From an uncultured cyanobacterium (lineage in GTDB: Bacteria; Cyanobacteriota; Cyanobacteriia; Cyanobacteriales; Nostocaceae), in assembly GCA_963706595.1 (NCBI GenBank), contig OY970166.1, positions 3,776,001-3,840,000 on the forward strand: DNA of 64,000 bases. The letters run 5' to 3'. Positions within the stretch are counted from its first letter, which is position 1. Each line of letters starts with the position of its first letter. The position numbers and the translations under genes are program-made. Below the pieces are notes generated by a model that was not told the DNA's origin, searched no databases, and worked only from the letters and a program-made list of their open reading frames with translations. This document shows positions 44,574-55,668 of the stretch, one piece after another.

Positions 44574-45437
44574 ATGTCATTTACTAATCGACCTTTTGCC
44601 AGTTATCACCTTTGGTCTTTAGTCGCCCCAGCCACAGGACAAGAACGTTGGCATTGCCAGATGAGAAGGGGGTTTATTAAAGCGCGTCAACATGAACCGC
44701 AAGTTAAAGCGCTGTTAGGTAAGGCTACAGCACCCCAGAGGATTGGTATCCTCGCCCAAAAAGGCGTTTATGAATTCCATCATAATAGACATCTGTTACA
44801 CCAATCAGACGGTGTAGACCAAGTTGCCCAGTTACTCAAATTAAGCAACTCAACTGAACAAGTACAACAGCGCGTACGGCAAATTCTGCAAAAATATCAT
44901 GATGCCCCATTACTGTTAAATAAACAGATTGTCCAATTAACACGGGGAGATGAAGGCTTTCCCAAGCCCATTTTTGTGGAACAGGAAGATGTGCATTTCC
45001 GCTTATATGCAGCTATGGACTGTGTTTTTCAAGAGTCTGATTGTACGTTGCATATTTTAGACTTTAAAACTGGCAAATCTGCCTTTGACAGACGACAAGC
45101 ATTAGTTTATCTCCTAGCTGCGCGTTATCTTTACCCTGAACTACAAGCAGTAGCATCATTTTATAATCTGGAGATGTCTCAAAAATCCGATTTAATTAGC
45201 CTGAATAACCGGGAATTAGATTCTTTAAAGTTAGATTTAGCAAATATTGCCAACAAGCATCAATCCGATATCCGAAAATATCACGAAAAAGCCAGTAATT
45301 TTAGTCAAATATTTCCTCCCAACCCAGGTAAACACTGCCGTTTTTGTCCCTTTAACTCAATTTGTGATTTTTCTGAAAAGACATCTTATTCACACCCATT
45401 GCCTAATTTGAGAACTAATGGCAGAGGAGGGGGTTGA
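44574..45437 (+). CDS. PD-(D/E)XK nuclease, Cas4/AddB-like with four Cys
   Basis: WHCQ..., MD, LDFKTG, QALVY, CRFCPFNSIC. Confidence 0.8.
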   Translation: MSFTNRPFASYHLWSLVAPATGQERWHCQMRRGFIKARQHEPQVKALLGKATAPQRIGILAQKGVYEFHHNRHLLHQSDGVDQVAQLLKLSNSTEQVQQRVRQILQKYHDAPLLLNKQIVQLTRGDEGFPKPIFVEQEDVHFRLYAAMDCVFQESDCTLHILDFKTGKSAFDRRQALVYLLAARYLYPELQAVASFYNLEMSQKSDLISLNNRELDSLKLDLANIANKHQSDIRKYHEKASNFSQIFPPNPGKHCRFCPFNSICDFSEKTSYSHPLPNLRTNGRGGG

Positions 45438-45619
45438 AAAAGAGGCAAGGGAGCAGGGAGCAGGGAGTAGGGGGGAAAGTCCAGATGGGGATTCGACCCC
45501 ACCAGGAAGAGAACCACTTTGTAGAAGTGGGGGACTCAGACCCATGTTCTGCTCCGCTTCACGGCAGGAGGAAGGGGTCATTTCCCCCTGCTAGAAAGCC
45601 CACTTCCCCCTGCCTCTTC
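45438..45619. repeat. GC-rich element with inverted termini (AAGAGGCA...TGCCTCTT), flanked by GTTGA direct repeats
   Basis: Inverted ends, GGGAGCA units and internal hairpins. Confidence 0.55.
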
Positions 45620-45724
45620 GTTGAGGAAGATGGGGGGACAAAAGGATTTGCCAGAAATCAATTATCCATATTGTGCTGTGGGCATGGATAGGGGACGGGT
45701 GGGGACACCCATCCCACAACAAAA

Positions 45725-45801
45725 TTGGTCATTGGTCAGTTGACCAATGACCAATGACTAATGACTAATGACCAATGACCAATGACCAATGACTAATGAC
45801 T
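45725..45801. repeat. STRR heptamer array (TGACCAA/TGACTAA) with inverted units
   Basis: Directly visible; similar arrays at about 8897..8948 and 18181..18223. Confidence 0.9.
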
Positions 45802-47485
45802 AATCACCAAACGGCGGTAATTCATTAAGAATTGTAAAGCGGATGTGATTAATTGCCAAGTCACCTAGAGAGATGTCATCTTTCGTCAGCCTTGTACCTT
45901 GACTGCTTAAGGTTTCAAAGGTGATACCTTTGCCAATTTCAATGTGATACCAGGATAAACCCATGAAAAAGCGTGTGGGGTATGGTCCATTGTTACCCAC
46001 ATCATCAGGATTGGATTCCATTGGTAACCAACCAAAACCGGGAATGTAAAACTCTAACCACACATGGTTAAAGTCTGGTTGCAAGGGGACTCCTTGATGT
46101 TCGCTATGGGGAGGACATTTATATCTACCCACTGTACGGCAGGGAATGCCATTTAAACGGCATAAAGCTAGTAAAACGCCTACATACTCGCCGCAGGAGC
46201 CAACACCCCGTTCTAAGACCAAATCTGGGGTGTCAATGTAGGGTTTAATGCCATAGGATAATTCATCGTAAACGTAGTTGCGGATATTGTACATTTTCCG
46301 CAGGATATTGGTTTCTGAACCAATGGCTTCGCTGGCTGCATCGCGAACAATGGGAGTATCCATTGCCAAATCGTCGTCATCGACTAGGTAGCGTCGTTGA
46401 AATTCTGGTGATAGTTCGGGAGCATTATCTACATCTTTGGGGGTGATGCGATACTTAATTCCGCGAACTTCTAACAGTGCTTTCCAGCCAAATATATGTC
46501 TTTCGCCGGGAGTGAGGGCATCAAATTTAAACACTGCTACACGTTCCCCATCTATGACTTCTTCGGTAAAAGGAATACCAATGGGTTCAATGTGTTTTAA
46601 CTTTTGGCGTTCAGTGTCTGAAGGTAGGGCGATGCGCCATTCTACATCTGGCAAATACACCTCGTCTAAGGGAGCAATTTCCTCAGCATAGGACATGGAA
46701 ATCAGATAGCCGTTAGATAGGGCGTATTGTTTATCTGGCTCGTGATGGTAATGTAGGGGGTGAATAAATGTGCGATCGCGGTACGTGAGTTCATGACAGG
46801 GATCAGCATTGGGGTTATCCCGGATATAAGGCTCTTCTGAGGCATAGGAGACGAATAGGGTTTCTTTACCTGTTTCTTCATTTTTATGTATGGCAATGCC
46901 TGTGGGACATTCAAAGGGTGTTAACACGCTGAATTGAAGTTCTCCAGTGCCTCTGTCCATAGCATAGACTGTTTGCTCTGTGCGATCGCAAACCCAAAGA
47001 GTATCAAGGCTGACTGCCAAATTTTCCACCCCTACCCCAGGTGCATAAAACCTGGTGATTTCTTTGCGCGTATTACCATCAAAAATCAGAATACAGCCCA
47101 GCTTTTGGCAGCTAACGTAAATTGTGGTTTCCCACACAGCAACGCCATCAGCAGGATAAGGCAACGTCACAAAATGCTCTAGACCCAAAGACGAGAGTTT
47201 GGACAGATAAACACTGTTTTCACGCGTTAGCCATAGAGAATCGCCCCACACTGCAAGACCTTTAACATCGCGAAACTCCCTGATTTGATGGGGATTTCGG
47301 ATTGTACTGTTGTCAGAGATTGGATCAATCTCCAGCAAATGTCCTTTAATACTGTCAATCGCGATCAGTGTATCTTTGATGAAAGCAATGCCACAAAGAG
47401 TGGCAGCTGTTAACGGTCGAATTGTTCTTTGACCAAACATTTGGCTGGCAATCAAACTAGGAAGTGCAAAACTTATATTAAGCAT
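45800..47485 (-). CDS. Transglutaminase-like domain protein with an N-terminal beta-propeller-like region
   Basis: GVGSCGEY, NHVWLEFYIPGFGW. Confidence 0.85.
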   Translation of the reverse strand: MLNISFALPSLIASQMFGQRTIRPLTAATLCGIAFIKDTLIAIDSIKGHLLEIDPISDNSTIRNPHQIREFRDVKGLAVWGDSLWLTRENSVYLSKLSSLGLEHFVTLPYPADGVAVWETTIYVSCQKLGCILIFDGNTRKEITRFYAPGVGVENLAVSLDTLWVCDRTEQTVYAMDRGTGELQFSVLTPFECPTGIAIHKNEETGKETLFVSYASEEPYIRDNPNADPCHELTYRDRTFIHPLHYHHEPDKQYALSNGYLISMSYAEEIAPLDEVYLPDVEWRIALPSDTERQKLKHIEPIGIPFTEEVIDGERVAVFKFDALTPGERHIFGWKALLEVRGIKYRITPKDVDNAPELSPEFQRRYLVDDDDLAMDTPIVRDAASEAIGSETNILRKMYNIRNYVYDELSYGIKPYIDTPDLVLERGVGSCGEYVGVLLALCRLNGIPCRTVGRYKCPPHSEHQGVPLQPDFNHVWLEFYIPGFGWLPMESNPDDVGNNGPYPTRFFMGLSWYHIEIGKGITFETLSSQGTRLTKDDISLGDLAINHIRFTILNELPPFGD

Positions 47486-47771
47486 ATTTATTCAACGGTT
47501 TAGCACGCCTAGAATTAATTTTGGTATATCTGGGATGACCAAAATGGTAGCTTTTAGAGCTGCTGTCAATTGATGAAATGTCTTCGTTACTGTTTTTCTT
47601 TGCGTAAAAATACATAAAGTTTTAGTCAAAAAACTAGTAGATTTCACCGAATTACATCTACATTCAAGTTACATATTACGAAGAAAATTTTGAATGTGAC
47701 TTTAATTGATGCTTTAACAGTCATCCCTAAATTATGATCGAATTCTATAACCATTTCCCGTAACATACACA

Positions 47772-50654
47772 ATGTCTGCTAATTCTTTCCCTGTTCGCGT
47801 AGCGTTGACCTCAGAAGAAGGTACTGTGGCTTGGCATGGTTTGGACGTTAATGAAGCGCTAAACCTGCTTGATAGCAATGCAGACAGTGGTTTAACATCC
47901 GAAGAGGTGCAACAAAGGTTGCAAAAATACGGTGATAACGAACTCAAAGAAAATAACGGTCGCAGTTCTTGGGAAATTCTGCTAGATCAGTTCAAAAACA
48001 TTATGTTATTGATGCTGATTGCTGTAGCTTTGATTTCTGGGTTTTTAGACCTGATGGCTTGGCAAGCTGGAGAATTAAAGCCTGGGGAAGTGCCGTTCAA
48101 AGACACGATCGCCATTATGGCAATTGTGGTTCTCAATGGCATACTGGGCTATGTCCAAGAAACCCGTGCCGAACAAGCTTTAGCCGCGCTGAAAAAAATG
48201 ACCTCTCCTTTAGTGCGAGTCCTGCGTAGCCGCAAGTTGATGGAAATAGCCGGGAAGGAACTTGTACCAGGAGATGTGATGCTACTGGAAGCGGGGATGC
48301 AGATAGCCGCAGATGGACGCTTGATTGAACAGTCTAATTTACAAGTGCGGGAATCGGCACTCACAGGTGAAGCTGAAGCTGTGAGCAAGCAGGCTAATTT
48401 AATCTTACCTGAAGAAACATCATTGGGCGATCGCCTGAATTTAGTCTTTCAAGGTACGGAAGTCGTCCAAGGACGCGCCAAGGTGCTAGTCACTAGCACG
48501 GGGATGGAAACGGAACTTGGTAAAATCGCTACCATGTTGCAGGGAGTGGAAAATGAGCCGACACCTTTGCAGCAGCGCATGACTCAGCTAGGTAACGTCC
48601 TCGTGACAGGTTCCTTGGTTCTCGTCGCCATTGTCGTCGTCGGCGGAATTATTCAAGCCAGAGGTTTCGACAACATCCGAGAACTTTTAGAAGTTTCCTT
48701 GAGTATGGCGGTGGCTGTAGTTCCAGAGGGTTTACCTGCTGTGATTACCGTGACTTTGGCACTGGGAACTCAGCGCATGGTCCGCCACAATGCCTTGATT
48801 CGCAAGCTACCAGCTGTAGAAACCTTGGGTTCTGTAACTACGATCTGTTCTGATAAAACTGGCACTTTGACCCAAAACAAAATGGTGGTGCAGTCAGTTT
48901 ATAGCAATAACAATGTGTTTCGGGTGACGGGCGAAGGTTATAATCCTATAGGGGATTTTCTATTAGATAGTCAAACAATTGATGTTGAAGATTATCCCGA
49001 AATTTCCGCTTTATTGCTGGCATCTGCCGTTTGTAATGATGCGGTGCTGCAAAAAGAAAAAGGCGAATGGGCAATTTTAGGAGACCCCACCGAAGGCGCT
49101 TTGGTGACAGTGGCGGGAAAAGCTGGTATTGAAAAAGATCAATGGAATAGCAAGTTACCCCGCATTGGTGAGTTTCCCTTTGACTCAGAACGCAAGCGGA
49201 TGAGCGTTATTTGTCAGGTGGAGGAAGTAGCCACAGGTGAAGCATCTGTCAGGGCTGTTGACCCAGTAATTGCTAGTTTGATCGAATCTGAACCTTATTT
49301 AATGTTTACCAAGGGTTCGCCAGAGTTGACCTTAGCCCGTTGTACTCAGGTTCTGATGGGGAATAACTCAGCTTCCTTGACAGATGAACAACGCGCTCAA
49401 ATTTTGGCGGAAAATGACCAGATGGCGAGTCAAGGTTTGCGGGTACTAGGCTTGGCTTATAAACCCCTGCTAGAAATCCCCAAAGAAGGTTCGCAGGAGA
49501 TATCTGAGGTAAATTTGGTTTGGCTGGGGTTAATAGGGATGCTGGATGCCCCTCGTCCAGAAGTGAAGGCGGCAGTCGAAGAGTCTCGAAATGCCGGAAT
49601 TCGCCCCATTATGATTACAGGCGACCATCAGCTAACTGCACGAGCGATCGCCATTGATTTGGGAATCGCCCAAGCAGGTGATAGAGTTCTTACAGGTCAA
49701 GAATTGCAGCATCTAAGTGACCAGGAATTAGAGCAACAAGTTGACTTAGTGAGTATCTACGCCAGAGTCTCGCCAGAACACAAACTGCGAATCGTCAAAG
49801 CCTTACAACGTCGCGGTAAATGTGTAGCTATGACCGGCGATGGTGTCAACGATGCGCCAGCTTTGAAACAAGCTGATATTGGGATTGCAATGGGTATTAC
49901 TGGTACTGATGTCAGTAAAGAAGCCAGTGATATGGTGCTACTCGATGACAACTTTACTACTATTGTCGCGGCGACGAAAGAAGGTAGAGTGGTTTATACC
50001 AATATTCGCCGCTTTATTAAATACATTCTCGGTAGTAACGTGGGCGAAGTTCTCACCATAGCCGCAGCACCACTGTTGGGACTAGGAGGCGTTCCCCTGA
50101 CACCATTACAAATTCTCTGGATGAACTTGGTGACAGACGGTTTACCAGCTTTGGCTTTAGCTGTGGAACCCCCGGAACCTGACGTAATGAAGCGTCCGCC
50201 TTTTAGTCCCCGCGAAAGTATTTTTGCTAGAGGATTAGGTTCCTACATCATTCGCATAGGCATCATTTTCGCCATTATTACGATTGTTTTAATGTTGTGG
50301 GCATACAATCATTGCCAGATCCCGGTGGAAGGACTTGATCCACAACGGTGGAAGACAATGGTATTTACTTCCTTGTGTCTAGCACAAATGGGTCATGCGA
50401 TCGCCATTCGTTCTAATAACAAACTCACTATAGAGATGAATCCCTTATCTAATAAGTTTGTCTTGGGGGCTGTAGTTGTCACCACGATTTTGCAGTTAAT
50501 GCTAATTTACGTCCCACCCATACGCGCTTTCTTTGGAACTCATTGGCTACCTCCCACTGAGTTGGCTATTTGTTGTGGTTTCAGTGCTTTGATGTTTGTC
50601 TGGATTGAAATGGAGAAGCTTTTCTTGCGCTTTACAGGTAGAAGAAGTGTTTGA
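47772..50654 (+). CDS. Cation-transporting P-type ATPase (type IIA, Ca2+-like)
   Basis: [34 protein letters not shown]. Confidence 0.95.
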   Translation: MSANSFPVRVALTSEEGTVAWHGLDVNEALNLLDSNADSGLTSEEVQQRLQKYGDNELKENNGRSSWEILLDQFKNIMLLMLIAVALISGFLDLMAWQAGELKPGEVPFKDTIAIMAIVVLNGILGYVQETRAEQALAALKKMTSPLVRVLRSRKLMEIAGKELVPGDVMLLEAGMQIAADGRLIEQSNLQVRESALTGEAEAVSKQANLILPEETSLGDRLNLVFQGTEVVQGRAKVLVTSTGMETELGKIATMLQGVENEPTPLQQRMTQLGNVLVTGSLVLVAIVVVGGIIQARGFDNIRELLEVSLSMAVAVVPEGLPAVITVTLALGTQRMVRHNALIRKLPAVETLGSVTTICSDKTGTLTQNKMVVQSVYSNNNVFRVTGEGYNPIGDFLLDSQTIDVEDYPEISALLLASAVCNDAVLQKEKGEWAILGDPTEGALVTVAGKAGIEKDQWNSKLPRIGEFPFDSERKRMSVICQVEEVATGEASVRAVDPVIASLIESEPYLMFTKGSPELTLARCTQVLMGNNSASLTDEQRAQILAENDQMASQGLRVLGLAYKPLLEIPKEGSQEISEVNLVWLGLIGMLDAPRPEVKAAVEESRNAGIRPIMITGDHQLTARAIAIDLGIAQAGDRVLTGQELQHLSDQELEQQVDLVSIYARVSPEHKLRIVKALQRRGKCVAMTGDGVNDAPALKQADIGIAMGITGTDVSKEASDMVLLDDNFTTIVAATKEGRVVYTNIRRFIKYILGSNVGEVLTIAAAPLLGLGGVPLTPLQILWMNLVTDGLPALALAVEPPEPDVMKRPPFSPRESIFARGLGSYIIRIGIIFAIITIVLMLWAYNHCQIPVEGLDPQRWKTMVFTSLCLAQMGHAIAIRSNNKLTIEMNPLSNKFVLGAVVVTTILQLMLIYVPPIRAFFGTHWLPPTELAICCGFSALMFVWIEMEKLFLRFTGRRSV

Positions 50655-50757
50655 GGAGTGGAGAGTAAAGAATTTTGGATTTTGGAGAAAGCGATTTTAG
50701 ATTGCAGTCTAATCCAAAATCTAAAATCTAAAATCTAAAATTGATTGACCATTATTT

Positions 50758-52008
50758 ATGTACCTGAAAAATCTACACCTGAGACAATTTCGGAATTACC
50801 AAGACCAGAAGGTTGAGTTTACTGCTGCTAAAACAATTCTGGTGGGTAATAATGCTCAGGGAAAATCTAATTTGTTGGAGGCGGTGGAGTTGCTGGCGAC
50901 GTTGCGATCGCATCGGATGGGACGCGATCGCGATTTTATTCAAGAAGGGCAGGATATAGCTCAAATTAATGCCACTCTGGAGCGAGAAAATGGTACTAGC
51001 GATTTGGCTTTAACTCTCCGCCGCAATGGTCGCCGCAGCGTGGCGATTAATGGCGAATCCGTGCGCCGACAAATGGATTTTTTAGGTGTACTAAATGCTG
51101 TACAGTTTTCTAGTTTGGATTTAGATTTGGTACGCGGTGGTCCCGATATTCGTCGTAATTGGCTAGATACATTATTAATTCAACTGGAACCAATTTATGC
51201 TCACATTTTGCAGCAATACAACCAAGTATTACGCCAACGCAACGCTTTTTTAAGGAAATCCCTAGATTCAGCAGGCGCGATGAATCGGAATCAAGCAGGC
51301 GTGATGAATCGGAATCAAGCAGACGCGATGAATCGGAATCAAGAAGACGCGATGAATCGGAATCAAGAAGACGCGATGAATCGGAATCAAGAAGACGCGA
51401 TGAATCGCGTCTCTACAAGGGATTCAACGCTGGCTATATGGGATGCTCAGTTAGTTAATACTGGTACTAAGGTAATTAGAAGACGCGATCGCGCAATTCA
51501 AAGACTAGCACCCATCGCTGCTGCTTGGCACTCTAGTATTAGTGGTAGTACAGAAGTTCTGAAAATCAATTATCTCCCTAGTGTGTCTTTGGCAGAAACC
51601 CCCCCAGAAGAAATACAGGCAGCTTTTTTAGCTAAAATTCAACAACGGTCTGCGGCTGAATTCTACCGAGGTACTACCCTAGTTGGACCTCATCGAGACG
51701 AAGTAGAATTAATGATTAATCAAACACCTGCTCGTCAATATGGTTCTCAAGGGCAACAACGAACTTTAGTCTTAGCTCTCAAATTAGCCGAATTAGAACT
51801 CATTGAACAAGTTGTCCAAGAACCCCCCTTGCTCTTACTAGATGATGTTCTCGCTGAATTAGACCCATTTCGCCAAAATCAATTACTTGATGCCATTCAA
51901 GACCGTTTTCAAACGCTAATTACTACTACACACCTCAGTTCTTTTGATGCCCAGTGGCTAAATTCCTCGCAAATTCTTTATGTGAAATCAGGAGAAATAG
52001 TATCGTGA
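50758..52008 (+). CDS. recF: DNA replication/repair protein RecF carrying an in-frame tandem repeat
   Basis: [36 protein letters not shown]. Confidence 0.95.
   Translation: MYLKNLHLRQFRNYQDQKVEFTAAKTILVGNNAQGKSNLLEAVELLATLRSHRMGRDRDFIQEGQDIAQINATLERENGTSDLALTLRRNGRRSVAINGESVRRQMDFLGVLNAVQFSSLDLDLVRGGPDIRRNWLDTLLIQLEPIYAHILQQYNQVLRQRNAFLRKSLDSAGAMNRNQAGVMNRNQADAMNRNQEDAMNRNQEDAMNRNQEDAMNRVSTRDSTLAIWDAQLVNTGTKVIRRRDRAIQRLAPIAAAWHSSISGSTEVLKINYLPSVSLAETPPEEIQAAFLAKIQQRSAAEFYRGTTLVGPHRDEVELMINQTPARQYGSQGQQRTLVLALKLAELELIEQVVQEPPLLLLDDVLAELDPFRQNQLLDAIQDRFQTLITTTHLSSFDAQWLNSSQILYVKSGEIVS
51271..51417 (+). repeat. 5 x 24-bp tandem repeat plus a terminal palindrome inside recF
   Basis: G(C/A)AG(G/A)CG(C/T)GATGAATCGGAATCAA units ending in AGACGCGATGAATCGCGTCT. 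Confidence 0.95.
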
Positions 52009-52179
52009 GTGGGGAGTGGGGAGTGGGGAGTGGGGAGTGGGGAGTGGGGAATAGGGAATAGGGAATGGGGGGGGAGAAGACAGTAACTTCCCAATGACTA
52101 ATGACCAATGACCAATGACTAATGACTAATGACTAATGACTAATGACTAATGACTAATGACTAATGACTAATGACTAAT
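52007..52179. repeat. STRR heptamer arrays (GAGTGGG/GAATAGG and ATGACTA)
   Basis: Directly visible. Confidence 0.92.
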
Positions 52180-52189
52180 AATAAATTGA

Positions 52190-54562
52190 GTGGATAAACT
52201 CTACTGGCTTGACCAAATTAAACTGCAAGACCGCGCTCAGGTAGGTGACAAGGCATTCTACTTGAGTAAAATTATGCAGCGTGGCTATCCCGTAGTACCT
52301 GGTTTTGTCGTTTCCGCACAAGTATTAACACAATTTCTCACGACTCTCAATAGTACATCCGCTTTAGTCGCAGATTTACCCTATTCTTCTTTACACTTAG
52401 ATGTAGCTAATTGGCGACAACTTCAGCAAGTAGCTGGCCGCCTACGTCAGGAAATCATCACAGGTACAGTACCAGCGCAATGGGTGAATAAAATTTGCGC
52501 CGCAGCCAGAGAATGGCAAAGTAGTTATCTAATTTTGCGCCCCAGCTTGGCTTTATCGTCCATCGCACCTGGGGTAGGAAATACGTCTGGGTTGTTGGAT
52601 GCAATTTTTTGTCGCTGCGATGAGGAAGCGATCGCCTTAGCATTGAAACGCACTTGGAGTCAGTTATTTCGGGCTAGGAGTCTATTGTATTGGCGGCGGG
52701 TAGGAGTTAACCTGCAACAAGTTAATTTAGCGGTGTTGGTACAACCGGTGGAGAATGCGATCGCTAGTGGTCTTCTCTATGCTCATTCTCTGACCACGCC
52801 ACGCCAGCTATCAGGGTGGACAATAGAAGCCATTAAGGGATTAGGAATAGCGCTTTCCCAAGGCGATGTGCAACCGGATGTCTATTACATCCAACAAGAA
52901 ACAGGGGTAGTAATAGAGCGACATCTAGGCAATAAAATGCTGGCTTATGGTTTTGCTCATGACGCAACTGTGAATTCACACAAGTTAGTTGCAACAGTAG
53001 ATAATACTGATATAGTGACTTATGTACTTGAAGAAGCCCAACAAAAGCAATACGCTTTATCAGAAGAATATCTGCAACAAGTCATCACTCTAGGAAATCA
53101 ACTCGTGAGTGAAATAGGTAGCAACTTTACCATTAAATGGACGATCTCTGATAAAAACCCAGATCCCACTCTCCACTTAACTCAAGTTAGTTCGCCTCAA
53201 TCTGCAAATCCTAATTTACATTATGGCTACGCCACGCCAGCTATCATCAAAGGTCTAGGAGCATCTGGGGGACGTGTAACAGCAACAGCTTACGTAATTA
53301 CTGATGTCCACAAGAAACCAGAACCAATACACAAAGGAGTAATTTTAGTAGCACCAACTATTACACCAGATTGGTTGCCTTTTTTACAAGAAGTTGCTGG
53401 TATTATCACACAGAGGGGAGGATTAACTAGTCATGCGGCAATTCTGTCCAGAGAATTGGGTATCCCCGCCGTAGTTAGTGCCGCAGATGCTACAGTCTTG
53501 ATTCAAAGCGGTGAGAGGTTGCTTGTAGATGGCGATCGCGGGGAAGTTTATCGGACTAGAGGAGAAAAAGCAGCCCAGGGAGAAACTCCAGCACTCAAGT
53601 CCCCAGAGCCAACTGTTCCCCCATCTCCTCATTCTCATGTTGTTTCTCAGTTACCGCTCATTTCTACCCAGTTGCTAGTTAATCTGAGTCAGCCCAGGTT
53701 AATCGAGCCAGCCCAAAGTTTACCTGTGGATGGAGTGGGATTGTTACGCTCAGAATTAATGTTACTCAACATCCTCGAAGGACAACATCCCCAAAGTTGG
53801 CTGATCAGTGGTCGTCAAGCAGAATTGTTGGAAAAATGGACTGAGCAGATTATCCAGTTTGCTCGTGCTTTTGCGCCTCGACCCGTTTTTTATCGTTCTT
53901 TGGATTGGCGAGTCAATGAGTTACCATCGGGGCTGCATCATCAACATTCGATGCAGAATTCACTTCTGGGCGAGCGCGGTACATTCAGCTATGTATGCAA
54001 TCCCGCCGTTTTTGAGTTGGAATTAACAGCTTTGGCAAATGTGCAGAAGGCTGGATACAGCAATATTAATTTATTATTGCCTTTTGTTCGCAGTGTGGCA
54101 GAGTTTTCTTTTTGTCGGGGTAAAGTTGAGCAAGCTGGTTTAAACCAAGTACCGCAGTTTCAACTGTGGATGATGGCGGAAGTGCCAAGTGTGCTGTTTT
54201 TGCTCCCAGAATATGTCAAAGCAGGTGTAGCAGGGATTTCTATTGGGACCAATGACTTAACTCAATTACTGTTAGGTGTAGACCGAGAACAAGGAGAGAT
54301 TACCAGAGTTTTAAATGAACGTCATCCAGCAGTCATGGGTGCGATCGCGCAACTAATCCAAATGGCGAAAACTGCGGGGATACCTTGTTCAATCTGCGGT
54401 CAAGCCCCAGCGATTTATCCAGAAATCATTGATCAACTGGTACAATGGGGGATCACTTCTATTTCCGTGGAACCCGAAGCCGTGGAAAGGACTTATAAAG
54501 CGATCGCCCGTGCTGAACAACGCCTAATTTTAGCAGCAGCCAGAAAGCAACTTCAAGATTAG
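52190..54562 (+). CDS. PEP-utilising enzyme (PEP synthase/PPDK-like)
   Basis: VGDKA..VPGF, GGLTSHAAI phospho-His motif, DGVGLLRSE, SIGTNDLTQ. Confidence 0.88.
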   Translation: MDKLYWLDQIKLQDRAQVGDKAFYLSKIMQRGYPVVPGFVVSAQVLTQFLTTLNSTSALVADLPYSSLHLDVANWRQLQQVAGRLRQEIITGTVPAQWVNKICAAAREWQSSYLILRPSLALSSIAPGVGNTSGLLDAIFCRCDEEAIALALKRTWSQLFRARSLLYWRRVGVNLQQVNLAVLVQPVENAIASGLLYAHSLTTPRQLSGWTIEAIKGLGIALSQGDVQPDVYYIQQETGVVIERHLGNKMLAYGFAHDATVNSHKLVATVDNTDIVTYVLEEAQQKQYALSEEYLQQVITLGNQLVSEIGSNFTIKWTISDKNPDPTLHLTQVSSPQSANPNLHYGYATPAIIKGLGASGGRVTATAYVITDVHKKPEPIHKGVILVAPTITPDWLPFLQEVAGIITQRGGLTSHAAILSRELGIPAVVSAADATVLIQSGERLLVDGDRGEVYRTRGEKAAQGETPALKSPEPTVPPSPHSHVVSQLPLISTQLLVNLSQPRLIEPAQSLPVDGVGLLRSELMLLNILEGQHPQSWLISGRQAELLEKWTEQIIQFARAFAPRPVFYRSLDWRVNELPSGLHHQHSMQNSLLGERGTFSYVCNPAVFELELTALANVQKAGYSNINLLLPFVRSVAEFSFCRGKVEQAGLNQVPQFQLWMMAEVPSVLFLLPEYVKAGVAGISIGTNDLTQLLLGVDREQGEITRVLNERHPAVMGAIAQLIQMAKTAGIPCSICGQAPAIYPEIIDQLVQWGITSISVEPEAVERTYKAIARAEQRLILAAARKQLQD

Positions 54563-54651
54563 TAACCTGTTGCAGTCTATAATCGAGACAAGAAAAAACT
54601 ATAGCCTTTACTAATCATATATAAGTACATCATAGCCCCCTCCCCGCAAGC

Positions 54652-54807
54652 CTACGGTGTACACACAAATCTAAAACCCTTGATTTGGGTAGGGTGCATT
54701 ATGGACTTTAGTCCTAACGCACCGAGAATCTAAAATGGTGCGTTGCGCTACGCGACAACACACCCTACATAAATGGAGTAATTCAATCATTTGTGTGTAC
54801 ACGGTAG
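54652..54807. mobile_element. MITE with CTACGGTGTACACACAA termini and a 10-bp target duplication CCCCGCAAGC
   Basis: Inverted termini; direct repeats at 54642..54651 and 54808..54817. Confidence 0.85.
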
Positions 54808-54817
54808 CCCCGCAAGC

Positions 54818-54971
54818 CTACCGTGTACACACATCCTGAGCCAAAGAGAGTTTCCAGCCCTAAAAACAAGATTTCTGATTAAATCTTGTTCCCCTCCTCG
54901 CTTGCGGGGAGGGGCTAGGGGTGGGGTTTTATGACGCAAAAGAGAATTTCCTGACTTGTGTGTACACCGTA
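54818..54971. mobile_element. Second MITE of the same terminal family with a different core
   Basis: CTACCGTGTACACACA...TGTGTGTACACCGTA(G). Confidence 0.8.
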
Positions 54972-55506
54972 GTGGCGTGGCAAGCTTAAAGTAGTGCATT
55001 AGGCAAAAGCAGAAAACATTGATTTATCTCAATTTTCTCAAAAATCTATTGCAACATTTTAGCCTTGTCACGCCAGTAGTAGCGTGGCAAGCTTAAAATA
55101 GTGCATTAGGAAAAAGCAGAAAACATAGATTTATCTCAATTTTCTCAAAAATCTATTGCAACATTTTAGCCTTGCCATGCCAGTAGTGGACTGACAAGCT
55201 TAAAATAGTGCATTAGATAAAAGCAGAAAACATTGATTTATCTCAATTTTCTCAAAAATCTATTGCAACATTTTAGCCTTGTCACCCCAGTAGTAGTAGC
55301 GTGGCAAGCTTAAAATAGTGCATTAGGTAAAAAGCAGAAAACATTGATTTATCTCGATTTTCTCAAAAATCTATTGCAACATTTTAGCCTTGTCACGCCA
55401 GTAGCGTGGCAAGCTTAAAATAGTGCATTAGGTAAAAAGCAGAAAACATTGATTTATCTCGATTTTCTCAAAAATCTATTGCAACATTTTAGCCTTGTCA
55501 CGCCAG
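54972..55506. repeat. Five tandem 105-106 bp MITE copies
   Basis: Units at 54972, 55079, 55186, 55296 and 55401; each has imperfect inverted termini GT(G/A)GCGTGGCAAG...CTTGTCACGCCAG, mostly with TA junctions. Confidence 0.92.
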
Positions 55507-55668
55507 TAGGCTTGCGAGGAGGGGGCTATGATGTATTTCATTTAGGTTGTTGACATCTATGTTGGGTGGCGCTGGGCTTCACCCAACCTACGTTTAATGC
55601 ACTATTTTAGGCTTGTCAGTCCAGTAGTCCTATAGTTAATTTCACCTGATACAACACCCCCAAAACTA

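Noticed and set aside
45470..45620. RNase P RNA (GGAAAGTCC motif) or tRNA
   Set aside because: The 3' P4 partner sequence of rnpB is missing, and there is no cloverleaf.
51271..51417. Mini-CRISPR or intein in recF
   Set aside because: The 24-bp units are contiguous with no spacers, and there are no intein splice motifs.
54972..55506. Possible CRISPR array
   Set aside because: Whole 105-106 bp units repeat with no unique spacers, and there is no cas operon. The inverted termini and TA junctions fit MITEs.
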